Of a stretch of DNA of 64,000 bases, positions 21,901 to 34,710 are shown in pieces. Source of the DNA: Piedraia hortae CBS 480.64 (lineage: Eukaryota); the NCBI GenBank assembly GCA_010093745.1, contig MU005969.1, positions 1 through 64,000 on the forward strand. The letters run 5' to 3'. The first letter of the stretch is position 1. Each line of letters starts with the position of its first letter. The position numbers and the translations under genes are program-made. The notes below the pieces were generated by a model. The model had not been told where the DNA came from. It did no database searches and worked only from the letters and a program-made list of their open reading frames with translations.

Positions 21901-23038
21901 AACATTGAAACCCCCAAAAAATTCCTTTTTTTAGGGACCAACGAGTCACAAACTAAGCATTTTCTTGGACATTTCCTTTCCAGGGAACGAAGTGGAATGG
22001 CATGAACCTTCCACCGTTCCAATCCATCGAGTTTACCACGATAGTAGGTCAAACTGTTACAAACCTTTCTGAAAGGGAATTCAGCACCATAGCAAACCCC
22101 CAAGAGTGCTGATCGTTCGGCGAGCACTGATCCCCCAGCCGCGACGTTCCCGGAATGATTCGCAAACACCTAGGACATCCACTCACGAGACGGTCATCCT
22201 TACGTGCAGAAACGCATTTCTCAAATTTAACGACGAAGCAGCCATGGTCTGCGTAGTGATTACCCGTGTCACATCTCAGATCACAATAGAGGCGAAAAGC
22301 AGCCTTGAACAAGTGCTCTACCTCCTAAATCTACAAACGAAAACGCTCGCTGAGGGCAGGTCCGTGGTGGCTTACGAATTTCGATGGTGCACTTGTCCAC
22401 AATCTGCCCTAAACCCTACAAAAGGGTGGGGGGGTAGAGGGTGAGAAAGATTTTTCCCGCGATACATCTCCAAGAATGAACCTAAATTGAAATCCCTCTA
22501 CAGCTAGTCAACTATGGAAGCTTGGAGGAAAAACTCGAGGTCCTACTGACATGTACTAGCTAAACCAGAGGCTGTGTTGCCAAAGCGTTAGTAAAGCTGC
22601 TCAAATCCATAGGGTTTTCATCTCGTTCGTGATTTTTTAGGTATGGATGCTTCTATAGGTGCATTTGAATCATGGCGTCTCTCAAACACAGCTTCTGCGA
22701 ACCCTCCATGTTAAACCATAGAGGAATTCACGGTATTGTTGAAATGATTTTGAGAAAGAACCATGAACTCGTCCTCGGGATGAACGTTTATCTGGCCCAA
22801 AGGGACAAACCTCCTCCATCAAGAGAGTACATAGACACAGAATACTTGAGACCGACTTCGGTTCTTACTCGATTTATGGGCGACACAACCAAACAAAGGG
22901 ACCTCACGTATGACCCCCACGCACGAAAATTATCTCAAAAGACGCCTACAAACTCTACAAAAAAACCAGGGGTATACCCATTTCCCCAACTCCTCGCTGC
23001 TCAAAAACAACAACATCATCATCATTACCACCCTTCAT

Positions 23039-25429
23039 CTAAACATGCTGCTGAGCCTGTGTCTGAGCGTGACTGTACTTTTGCAAATCATCCTCATCAA
23101 GTCCAAGACCGATTCCGCTGTCGTCTACGTTTTCGTTGTTCTCGTGGTAGAGGGTTGGTTGGTGGGGGATACCTTGGGGTGGAATTCCCTGGTGGGTGAT
23201 ACCCTGGGATTGCATACCTTGCTGGTGTGGGATATCTTGTGGCTGCATGCCTTGCTGCATGTCCTGCTGAGGCGGCATATTCTGGCACTGTATGCCCTGC
23301 GGGGTCATCTGAGCCATATTCGACATGGAGAGCATCTGCGCCATGTGTCCCTGGGGCTGCTGCTGCTGCGGCGGCTGCGAGAGAAAGCCATTTAAGTTTC
23401 CCGCAGGCGGAGTTTCGTCCATGTCTAGGAATCCACCGAGTTCGGCCTTCCAGAGGGACATTTCATCGACAAAGATTTTGAGGACGAACCAGTGGCCATA
23501 TGAGGCGCCGTTCATGATGACTATGTCGCGGAGGGCGGCGGTGCCGATCGTGGAGATGCACTGCAAAATCGTGCGGACTGAAGCATGGGGGAAACGGGAG
23601 GGTAGGGATTGCAGAAAATTGTCCCATCTATCGAGGACGTTGCCGGTGACTTCTGGTCCGCCGTGGCCGCTTAGAAATTGGCCAAGGTTGGCGGTGTTGT
23701 CTTCTATGTTGTACGTGCCGAGAGCAAAGGGATCGTTGGTATCGAACCCTGGCGTCTTCAGAGGCTCCATCAACGTCCGCAGCTCGACGGTTAGGATGCG
23801 ATAGACTTCTTCGTAGCCGCAGTTGGGCAGTTCGGATTCCATAACGCGCTTCGGGTTCACACATGTCACCCATTCATGCCACATTTGCTCGCGATTCTCG
23901 TCAATGGTCAACAGATTTGCAGCGGCGTGGGCGCTCTGGTTGACTCTGAGAAGACGATAGAGTAGACTGGCAAAGATGGTGGCAGGACGCAATTTTGCCT
24001 CGAGGACATGGGGTGGCTGAGAAGCAAAGGTCTTGGCAATGTGAGAGTAGAGAGTGGCCGAGATGCTGGACAGGACCTTGATGACAATGACGGGCGCGGC
24101 TTGCAGCGCCAAATGCTTAACGAAGCGCACCATTGTGCGGTACATGACCAAATCACACTGCTCAATCCACGGCGCCATGTTTGGATGTGTAAATAGCTTC
24201 TGAACGGGAACAGTGAGAGTTCCGTGAAAGGATGTGTACAGGCGGAAGAACTGCTTTTCCTTGCAGTAGCGGATGCTGTCCACCAGAGAGGTGCAATGAG
24301 TGCGATATAGGGCGTACAGAGCCGAAGCGGCGTCTGGATCCGCGCGATGAGGGAGGTATGGATTGAGAGATGGAAGGACCACCGGCTCATTTTCCTGGCA
24401 ATCCGGGATCTTGGCTGGAGGGAAGCGCAGGGCATGCTCATAAGTCACTGCCTCTGCAGAGCCGAGTTGCATTCCGGCTGTCTCTGGCATTGCAAACGCG
24501 CGCCCAATCGAGGATACTGCATTTGCCGCCGGCCGTTCGTAAAGAGCACCAGCTGATGGAAAAGCTGCCGTATCTGCCTGCAAACGCGGCATGCCGTTAA
24601 AATCCAAGGTAGGTTCGTTGCGTTGAGGCTGCTCCATAGGAGAAACCATGACGGGCGGCGGGTTTTCATCCGACAATGCCAAGTTGACATAGTGGTACTT
24701 GCTCTCGCCTCGGACACCCAAGCGACGGGTCTTGATACCCGGAAAGATGACACGGACTAGTTTCCCAAACGAAGCTGGATTCAACGGGACAACGCGTTCG
24801 GTTCCGCAACAACTGGCGTACTGAGAATACACTCTGTTCCTAGGCACCGAAGACTTTGCTGGTTTGCATACATCGCGAAGCCTAGAAATCAGCACTGAAA
24901 ATCACAGACAACACAGGACAACATACCATAGCATCGCAAAGAGCTGTTTAGTCTTTTCCGCCATTGGCGATCGGTCATTGTTAATAACTTCATGAGCCAC
25001 ATCGTGCAATGTACGGTTTTCGTTCCTGTTCAGCAATTCCCTCAATTCCTTGTCATTGCTGGCTGTAACGGCTGAGCCCCTCCCCTTCTTATTCTCTCCA
25101 GACTCGGCCCCGTTCGAAGCCTGTGGTTGCGATGGGGCGCGCGGATGACCCATGTAGGCCTCGGTTGTTGTGTAAACAAACGGCTGTTCCTGCACAACAT
25201 GGAAAGGAGGACCGCCCGGCAACGGACGCTGGCCCATCGGGGGCTGCTGATTCATTACATGGGTATTTGCAAATTCAGGTGGAAAGCGAGCTATCATATG
25301 AGTAGGCTCTTGAACATAAGCATGAGGCTCGACGGGAACCAAGCCGGTGCGATGCGAGGCCGCACTCATAGTGGATGCACGCGATTGCGGTCGACTATGC
25401 GACCGGTCGCGTAGTGGATGCGATGCCAT
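23039..25429 (-). CDS. RFX1: RFX winged-helix transcription factor (Crt1/Rfx1, CPCR1/RfxA-like); intron 24882-24926
   Basis: RFX DNA-binding signature VPRNRVY...PLNPASFGKLVRVIFPGIKTRRLGVRGESKYHY. A 45-nt GTATGT...GCTGAT...TAG intron restores FAMLW-LRD. Q-rich C-terminal tail. Confidence 0.92.
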
Positions 25430-26040
25430 GTCGAAGGAGGCGTGATCTAGGACGATCGTATAGGCCCTGATCAACAAGCGTCGCTTCTGTTGCTAGGCGC
25501 CCTTGTCCACAGCAACGACGCTAGAACACGTAAGGAACAAGAGCGCGGTGATGCGAGTGAATGCGCAAATGGACGTGTGATTACTGCAAAGACAGTGTAT
25601 CCATGCGCGGTGAACTGTCGTGGTGGAAGTGTGTTGTTGATAGCCGCTATGTTGTTTGTAAACAAAAGGCAAAAGCCCGGGGTGGCCTGGTTTCCGGCAA
25701 AGCTAGCCCGATAAGGCTTGGTCTATCCGCGCCCCGCGCCCCTCGATGGCGTCAGTGGCTTTGGCAGCTTCTATTACCGACGTCTGCGCCGTTGTGTGCT
25801 TTGGGCGTGGAGATACCTCTTGTCCGACTGTAAAACGTCAGCACAGACCTGGCCGGAGATTGTAGCGGCACGTTTGACAAAGACTTTTGCACCGTCATCA
25901 CGCGGAATGTAGGCAGTGAGATCTAGGCTCACAATCGACGACGCGTTCATCTCGAGCTGGTGTCATCCATCTGTAGCACATCTAGTAGGAGAAACCAACA
26001 ACCAAGACTCATCTGTCCTCGATCCCTCCGCCTAACCAGA

Positions 26041-26091
26041 GTTGCCAGTTGCCCAAGGTTGCCAGTTGCCCAAGGTTGCCAGTTGCCCAAG
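26041..26091 (+). repeat. Perfect 17-bp tandem repeat (GTTGCCAGTTGCCCAAG)x3
   Basis: Directly visible. It contains six GTTGCC hexamers. Confidence 0.95.
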
Positions 26092-26139
26092 AAAAGTGAT
26101 GTTCCGGTAAACTTTTAAAGGGATGACATTCTTCACCAT

Positions 26140-26193
26140 GTCATCTGGAAACTTTCCAACTGACATGTTCACGCGGAGACGTCACCAAGCGAC
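26140..26193. promoter_or_regulatory. Two X-box-like imperfect palindromes upstream of the RFX gene
   Basis: GTCATCTGGAAAC (26140-26152) and GTCACCAAGCGAC (26181-26193) compared with the RFX consensus GTNRCC-N0-3-RGYAAC. Confidence 0.45.
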
Positions 26194-26381
26194 AATGACT
26201 TGACCAGTATTGTAGGACTACTAGGTTCGCAACTACAAAGTCTATCTCTTGTGCCCACAGCACGGCTCCAACTGCGGTAGCAAACCCATAGCAAAAACTC
26301 ATAATTCAGGTAGCGAGCACCAATCCGGTTTGTAAAGATCCTGTGCTCCTCCAGAACTTGCCCCATGACACTTCCACCCAT

Positions 26382-27132
26382 TTACTGCATCTTTCCAGCC
26401 ATGACCGGATCGGCCTGAGCGCGGAGGTTGGCCGAGGTTCCAGCGCCGTGCTCAAAGAAGCGGGAAAAGAGCGGGTAGAAAAGGGAGCGGAAAATGACCT
26501 GAGCACCCCTGTATATTGTCAGCACCAGCTCGGCAGAAAGGGGTTTGGAAAAGACTTACGCAGTCGAAGGGAGGGCCATCCAGATGACAAGGATGAACTT
26601 GAAGATGTAGTAAAAGGGAAACCAGTAGGCGGCGTTAATGGCCGATTCGATAACCGTCAAGAAGGCATAGACGACCCAGTACTGTAAACTGTCAGCTCTC
26701 ATGTAGCCAATTGTTTGCTTGTCCAAACTCACCGTCAACCACTGCGTGTCATCAGACTTGCCCTGGGAAAAGAGAGCCTGGAGAGAGTAGTAGGCAGGAA
26801 GCGCGAAGCCCGCCGTGTTGACCAAAAACTCGCCGGCAATGTTGAAGAAGACGAGGAAAAAGTACAGGGCGCCGAGACCGAGAACGACATAGACCTTGGG
26901 GACGTTGGTCTGCTGCTGGAAATTATTGAGCATCGGGTACCGAGAAAGCTCTACCGATGGGTTAGCTAGGTGCATCTTGAGCACGTCCCGTTGGGAAACC
27001 TGCCCTTGTCGAGCTGCGACAGATGGTACTGCGCCCTGAACAGCTGGTTAGCGCTTGCCGCCACGGCATTGCAAAGGACACGCACTTCTCCTGCACGGTG
27101 CCATTGGCGCGTCCGGGCTGCATCGTAGACAT
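26382..27132 (-). CDS. YOP1: ER-shaping protein Yop1 (HVA22/DP1 family), 5 exons
   Basis: Spliced product contains QLDKELSRYP, DDTQWLTYWVVY, YWFPFYY and GAQVIFRS. Introns at 27036-27085, 26951-27003 (GC-AG), 26682-26732 and 26509-26559. Confidence 0.92.
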
Positions 27133-27498
27133 TGTGGCAGATTAAAACGGAATCGAATTAGACGCGGTGTGTGTGGTGTTTGTGTGTTCAAATGGGTTCG
27201 GTGGAGAGGGATCAAGGGTACGAATCAGTGAGGAAGGTGTGCCGAAGGTGACGTTATCTTTGCCAAGACCGACCCACACACCCTGATTGGAAGTCACGAC
27301 TAACCGATTCACCGTAGATAATGCTCGTGCCAAGACCCATTCACACACCGTGATTACAGGGGAACCAATCCAGCATTACTCACCATGACAGTCAAGATCG
27401 ATAGCCGGTGATTAATCATACAAAAATCGCACTGAAAAAAGCCGCAACAATAACACAACAAGAAGCCTGTCGTTTTTCTAAACATGAACAGAGAAGAT

Positions 27499-30400
27499 TC
27501 ATCTCCGTGAAGAAACCATCTCGCCAAACTCGCCTCTCTCCCTGGTCGTGTCGTATGCCTGCAAAACTCTTGCCTGGCTCTCGTCCGTTTGTGAAAAGGC
27601 ATAACCGCGCTGCTTCCGCATCCTTTGGACTTGACGCACCTTCCTGATCGCTTTCTGAAATTGTTCCATCCTGTCCGAAATACATCAGCACAAGCCGAGT
27701 TCTAAATCGCGGATGAACTAACCTAGGCCGATAATCCTGAACATTATACTTTTGAATCTCCTGCACATGGTGATAGCTCAGAGGATACCACATCCTCTTG
27801 GCATACTTCCACGCAAAGTCTCTCAGGAGACAGAATGCAGGTAGAACAATAACCATGAGCCAGAATCGTGGGTCCGTAAGCAAGACGGACAGTATATTCC
27901 GATACTCGGTCGAGAAGTTAAGCTTAGGCGCAACGGTGGCGTAAATAGGCAAGAAGAGTATCCAGATCGCCAAAGAGCCAGGTATGGCTATCACGGTGTA
28001 CTTTGTCCACATATTCGTCATAAGACTTGCCTTGCCGAGGACGGTGACGAGGCAGGCCGTGTAAAGTGCAGTACCCCATACCCAGTGTCCGGCTGTAGTG
28101 CCGTTGCTGCGTGGAGCATCGCTATACCATATGAACTCGGAGGCGAAGTAGAGGACAAGGCTGTGATAGAAGCCATTGCTGACCCAGGCCCAGAACTGAT
28201 GCATCTGGAAAAATACCCCTTTCTGGCTGAGTTGGTAGAGCTGTGGATAGCGGTCTAGCAGTCGTGCATTGACGAATTGATCAAAGATGCCTAGCACAAA
28301 CGGCGGCATGGCAGTGAAGATGACGTTGTAAAACGACAAGGTCCAGGATTCGTAGATGACTTGGCCCGAGAAGGCGTTTTGGAAACTGTACCAGAATTGA
28401 GTGATGAAGAGCGCCGTGTTCTTGTAGTAGAAGTAGAGAATGACTTTGCTGATGCGTTGGTAGCTCCATGAGCCGTGGACGAGGAGTAGTTTCCGTAAGT
28501 AGCGGAATTGAGCAATCGAAACATCAGCACTACGAGCTGCTTGCAAACCTTCGACGCCTGAAATGCCAATCCCAATATGAGCAGCTTGTATCATAGACAC
28601 GTCGTTTGCGCCGTCGCCGATGGCGAGAAGAATGCTCTTCTTGTGACGCTTCACGAGCTTTACGACCAGTGCTTTCTGCAAAGGGCTAACGCGACAGCAG
28701 ATGACTGCTTTGCACATGATGGCCAAGTCGAGGAACAGAGTTTCCATGTCCTTCTCCAGTGCATACGTAAGGCTCTTTCCATCGATAACGAGCGCCAACA
28801 TTCCCATTTCCAGCTCACTGTCGGTGCTGTGAGTGCGAATAGCTTCCAACTTCTTCTCGAGATTGTTCCTCGTTTCGTCTGCATTCTCTTCGTTGACAAT
28901 GAGCAACGTCATGTCTTCCGAAATGAGTTTGCAGCTCATGCCAATGTTGATTGCTGTTTCCTGCCGGTCACCGGTCAATACCCAGACCTTGATCCCAGCC
29001 GTCTGTAAAGTGTGGATCGTGTCTGGAACACCCTCTTGCAGTTTATCCTCGATGGCAGTAGCGCCAAGCAGGGTCAAGTCATGCTCAATCAGTTCCGCGG
29101 CCTTGTCCAGCTCCTCTGCGCGATTGCCGGACACAGACGTGGCAGCGGTGTTATAAACTTCCCACCATTCACGGAACTCGGCCTCGTCGATATCGCGACT
29201 GGCCAAGCACAGTGTCCGCAGGCCTTCAGCAGCATACTCTTCCAAATGTAGCAGCGTTTTCTCCACCATCTCGTCCTTTGTGCCCAGGCGCTCGAGGATG
29301 ACGGTGTCGGCACCCTTGCAATAGCAACGTATCCTGCCATCCGGACACCTGTAGATGCAGCTCATCCGTTTCCTCGTACTGTTGAACTCGCACACTGCCA
29401 GCAGCTCGTACTTTGCTTCCTGCGCATCATCACCGATCTGAATGGTCACGGCTTTTGGCTGTCGAGCAACGAACTTGTAGCCCAGCAAAGCTGCACCTTC
29501 CACCAATGCTCCTTCATCGGGTGAAGCGGCCTGGTATTTGATCAATGCTGGATTATTCGCATCTACTTCTGGAATCACGGTGTGACAAGTCGACAAAAGG
29601 GCGAGAAAGTGGCCAATTGTGTCTGCCTGTCTGCCTCCATCCAGACCGTGTTCTTTCAAAGCGTCAAAGTCGTAAATGCCATGGGCTTCATCTGCGCTTG
29701 ACAAGACCTTCCTGTCCTCAGGAACCTCATCCGCGTACTGTACACCCGCGATTGAACATTGTCGAAACTGCATCATGTTTCTTGTCAAAGTGCCTGTTTT
29801 GTCGCTGAACACAAACTCCACCTGGCCGAGTTCTTCAACGAGCGAACTGGTGCGGCAGTTTGCTGGAGTGTCTGTCTCAATGTAAAACATGTCCAAGTCA
29901 GAGCTGATGAGGAAGGCCTGGTAGTATTTGATAATTTCTACCGTAACAAACAAGCTGATGGGCACCAGGTTGGAGTATAGGATCCAATATGTGAAAATGT
30001 CTCCGAAAAACTGTCTCGGGATGTTGACACTGGTGTATTGGAGGAACCAGAGCTTCTTGCCCATTGTGACTCGAACGACAATGTCTCCAACGGTGGAGAT
30101 TAGAGCCAAAACTATGAGGACAGCGCCAAGCATAAGGATCTGGCTGTTCACCCGCTTTTCAACGTTGGTGCGCTTGATCGGGGTGGCCGTTGCATTACGC
30201 ATCAGTTTCGTCTCGTGGCCAGTAAACACGACAATTCCATGGATCCACGGCGTGTTGCGTAGCGTGGCGCCGCGTAGCAGCAGTTGGTCTGGATTAAGGG
30301 GCAGCTCCTTCTCACCGCCGCCGGTCTCCATTGCCAGGGTTGCCTCGTACGTGTACAGCCTGCTGTTTGGCTGTTCGCTTTGTATTCGCCCACTAAGACG

Positions 30401-31612
30401 TGCGAGCTCGGCAGAGGACACTAGGGTCGAAGTTTCTGGCAGAGCTTGCTTGATTTTGAGGTTGGTCTCTCCATCGAGATTGGCTGTTTCGATATAGCAA
30501 AGTCCCTCCGGCTCCGACGATGCCAGGAGAACGAGATCGGCGGGAAATGGCTCCTCAGATTGGACGCGTAAAATATCACCAACCTGGACATCGATCCATT
30601 TGACATCCTCGAAACTGGCGCCTCTCAGAACCCGGGCGGGACTCCTGTTGAGTTGACGATCTTGGCTTTTCCGTCGACTGTCCTCCACCATCTCCTTGCC
30701 TGCCGAGACCAAGAGCACAATGCCAAGAGGCACTATGGTGGTGTATCGGTTGGTGGGAGAGATATTAGGAATCTGCTGTAGAATGGCTGTGAATAAGAAG
30801 AAGAGATTGGCATATTTGCTGAATTGCTCGTACAGGAATTTAGGAAGAAAGGTAACAATGTTGTACTTTGCTGTTGAGACATGGTTGTCGATGTACTTGT
30901 GCACTGCGTTGGCTGGGGGGTTGTTCAAGACAATGCTTCGGGGTCCCAAGGTTGAAGGATCAGGTGCCTGACGACCGAATTTCGGGACGCCGAATTTGAA
31001 CTTGGCTCCAGGCGTCTTCTTTGAGGAAGAATCAGCTGAATCTCTGTTTGCCTGATTCGCTCTCTGGCCCGGTTCGGTCAACGGAAGATCCATTTCGGAA
31101 TAATTGGAGCCCACACCAAGTTTGGATTTCAAACGACCCACAAAGCTCCCTCTGTTCCCAAAAAATGAGGCTTGGCTTTTGTGCTTGCCATTGTCGGTTT
31201 TAAGCGGGAGCCCGGGGAGACTATCATCATCAATCCTTCCTCCTGCTGCATAGTATCCAGACGCCGCATCCGAGTCCAGCTCGTGCTCCACATCTGAGTA
31301 CTGCTGGTAGTTGTTGAGAATGCTTGTTTGACTGTACTTTCTGCCGTCCGCCGGTGGCCGCTGCAGATGACTGTATACTCCCGGTGATTCCGGGCCTCCA
31401 GGCAGATTGGCGGTCGTCGGGCTGCCAAGACTTTGCCGCAGCGATTCCGCTCCTGATTGCACCGGTGCACTCGAATCATTTATATGCCGCTGCATTGTCT
31501 CGTCGGATATGGGAGGAGGCTGGCCATTGTTGTAAACTGGCCCGTCATCATTGCCGAGGCGCTGCAGGTTGATGTCGGTTCCACGGTTATCGCCATGCCA
31601 TGCGCCTGTCAT
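27499..31612 (-). CDS. DRS2: P4-ATPase phospholipid flippase Drs2; intron 27671-27722
   Basis: Motifs DGETNLK, PISLFVT, DKTGTLT and GDGAND. Splicing restores the C-terminal YRPRMEQFQKAIRKVRQVQRMRKQRGYAFSQ tail. Confidence 0.95.
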
Positions 31613-32828
31613 GCTGAGGAAGTGCCCTGTACTTTGGCTGCTGAGACTTTAATAGATCACCATAGGTTTTCGAGATTTTGGGAAGGATTCGGACCTCGCA
31701 GAGGGTGTTGGACTGTTCAATTGGGCCAAGGAGCGGCTCGAGTGGAGTAAATTTGGCACATCAGAGTGCCTAACACAACGACAGGCTACAGACTGAGCTG
31801 CGTGAACGATTACCGATCCTCGACGTGACTCTTCTGGCTTCCAGGCTCCCAGGCTCTGAGGCTTCGTTTGTGCTAAATTGGGCGCTAACGTGGAGAAAGC
31901 GGGGATCAATCGGTGCGGCCCGTACCGTCCGAACGCCTCCCCCACCTGACATCTGCAGCTACAGGAACGTTGAAACTCCGACTTTGTTGTCCTCAATGGC
32001 CGAGAAACGGCTGGGTTTAAAGGCCGTCTTTGAGCCATTGCCCCCGCGTCTGTCGATGTGCACGTAAAACAGACACAGCGCTACTGGCTGCAGCGCCGGA
32101 TCCGCTCAACAAGAAGGTGTAAGCCAGCCTGCAGCCCTCGGCACGTGAAACACGTATTCAAACACACGTAGGAGATGAGACACACCCCTGTCCGAGTCCC
32201 CCAATAGCAGACTTGCCTTTGTGTTTATAGGAAAACAACTTGGTGGAATGACCTATTGAGTGAGAGCGTGTAACATGCCAGATCAATACGTCTTCATCGG
32301 ACGACGCCTATGCACTGGGCTGGTCAGATGTTCCCATGCAGACCAAGAATGCATAGCAGCTACAGGGATACCATCAGCACAGACACTCTATTTGGTGCAT
32401 TAGGCGCAGCTACACCTCCACCTTTCGTAGAGCTCACTCAGCCCAAAATCAAAGGGATGAAAATGTTCTCGGTTACATCGGTTATTCTCGGTTTGTACGT
32501 TTATTGGAATAAATCGTCCCAACAGCTTCGTCCTACCTGCTCCATGTCGTGATTGAGTGAATAAAGCTCGATTCACAGGTTGAATCATGGACATGCTGTC
32601 TCACGTCGTTTGTTTCCATTGGCTCCTGCCCAAACAGGCTTCAGGCACGGAAACTTTCCGTTGAGCAGCTCAACTCCACTTATAATTCACTCGTTTCCTA
32701 GTGCTTTTGAGCCCATGATAGCGGGCCTTGCGTGGTAATGTCACGCTCCTCGACCACCGTCACCTAACGTCCCTACAAAACACCCCACCCGTGGAACTTC
32801 CCAGGACATAAACTTGGACTTTGGCACT

Positions 32829-34332
32829 ATGGGACTCTCTAATGATGAGCGTGGTTGGATCTTGTCGCTTTTGAGCGGTGCAGGTACTGTACAATTCAAC
32901 GGCGTTTCGGCAAGAATACTTACCAGGGGCAGCGTGTGTGATTGGATCATCAATTATCTGCGTCGACCTTCTTGTAAGGCAGTTTCCGGGCAAACGACAC
33001 TTTAGAATCCAGGAGAGCGATGCTTTCTTGTCACTCTCGCTCAGCTTGAGCTCTGGAGTCATGGTATGAAGTGGGCCACAACGGTAAATGTGTTTATAAC
33101 TAATCTATCATCAGTTGTTTTCGTCGCTGTATTCCATAATGCCCTCTGCAAGAAATTCACTTGAACAGGGAGGTCTTTCGTCAAAGGCCGCAGCGTGGAC
33201 GCTTGTTGCGTGCTTTGTTGGTGGCATCTTTGGAATTCAACTGATCTCGGGCGTTATTCATTCGCATATGCCGTCGAAGATTGTAGATTGCGAGCATTCA
33301 CACGATGGTGATGCTCATTCCCATGAAGCTCACAATCAAACCCCCAACTTGTCTTCTGAACATGGACAAACTGCAAAGGGCAAGACGGCAACGGAAAGCC
33401 AGACACATCAACAGATAGGCTATAGCCATCCAAGCAAACGTCCAAACACTGAAGATCACACGGACTCAAATCAAACTCGTCGAATGAAACCCGACAGACC
33501 GCCATTTCGGCAACGGCTTACCAACAGGATCACGCACTTGATGAATAGCGAAGGCTCATCATGCGATTGCGTTGGTTCCTGCTATGGATACAGCGATATA
33601 TGCGGACAAAAATGCTTTACGAACAGCATTGCAGAAGGGTCACGTACTGGAAGCGAGATAAGTGTATCGATGTCCAAAGAATCTACGGCTAGACTTGTGA
33701 TTTCGACTAACGAGTCAACTCCATTGCTCGGTAATACTGAGCGGGAGATGGTACCAGAAAGTTCAAATGGACGGAGCTCCTCAAGCTCGAGTACACTGCA
33801 ACATAATGAGAACCCAGAAGCTGGACATGGCACGGATATTCATCATCATCACGTACCTACAAATGCCTTTTTATCTGTGGGGCTACAAACGGCTATTGCC
33901 ATTGCTCTCCACAAATTGCCCGAGGGCTTCATTACCTACGCATCCAACCATGCAAACCCTGAGCTGGGGCTGTCTGTTTTTCTGGCACTGTTTGTGCATA
34001 ACATCACCGAGGGCTTTGCGATGACACTGCCCCTCTATCTCGCCATCAACTCGCGACTCAAAGCCATGCTGGTGTCTTTTGTGCTCGGTGGCTTGTCCCA
34101 GCCGGCAGGAGCGGCGGTGGCGGCACTGTGGTTCCACCTCGCAGGCCGGGAACGAGAACCCAGCGAAGCCGTGTATGGAGGCATGTTTGCCGTCACAGCT
34201 GGAATCCTGACAAGCGTGGCATTGCAACTGTTTAGACAGAGTGTGGATCACACTCACTCGAAGCGGCTCTGTATGATTGGAGCCTTTACAGGCATGACCA
34301 TTCTGGGTATCAGCAGCGCGTTGACGGCTTGA
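32829..34332 (+). CDS. ZIP family zinc transporter (Zrt3-like); introns 32884-32932 and 33064-33114
   Basis: LSLSSGVMLF, AIALHKLPEG, HNITEG and His-rich loops. Confidence 0.88.
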
Positions 34333-34710
34333 AAATCGATGTATTTATGATGTATATATCCACTGGCTGGATGATCAAAAAGCAGCTCATGTGATGGATT
34401 CTCCTGATACGATCACAGAGTGGCAAGGAGGTCTCTGGGCCTTCCCTTATGACTCCACCTCGTCTACATCAAGGTTGGTGGCACCGATCCAACTGTGTTT
34501 GGTTATTCAATCCCCTTAAAAAAACAAGCCGAGGTCAGCAAAAACCCCAACGCTTACCACCTTTGGCCAAGGTCAGTCGCCGTCCAGTGGGTCGGACGAG
34601 GCGAGAGCCGTCTGGTCCACGGGAACGAATGAGCACTGACTCGGCCTCTTAGATCCCATATGTCGTCGGGTCTTTGACAATGCGCTCGCAAAGTTTGTTC
34701 GCGCGCAATC

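Noticed and set aside
26041..26091. CRISPR-like array
   Set aside because: The context is eukaryotic and the repeats are contiguous with no spacers.
27416..27722. ORF-track C-terminus of DRS2
   Set aside because: It is an intron read-through artefact. The spliced frame gives the conserved tail ending at 27499.
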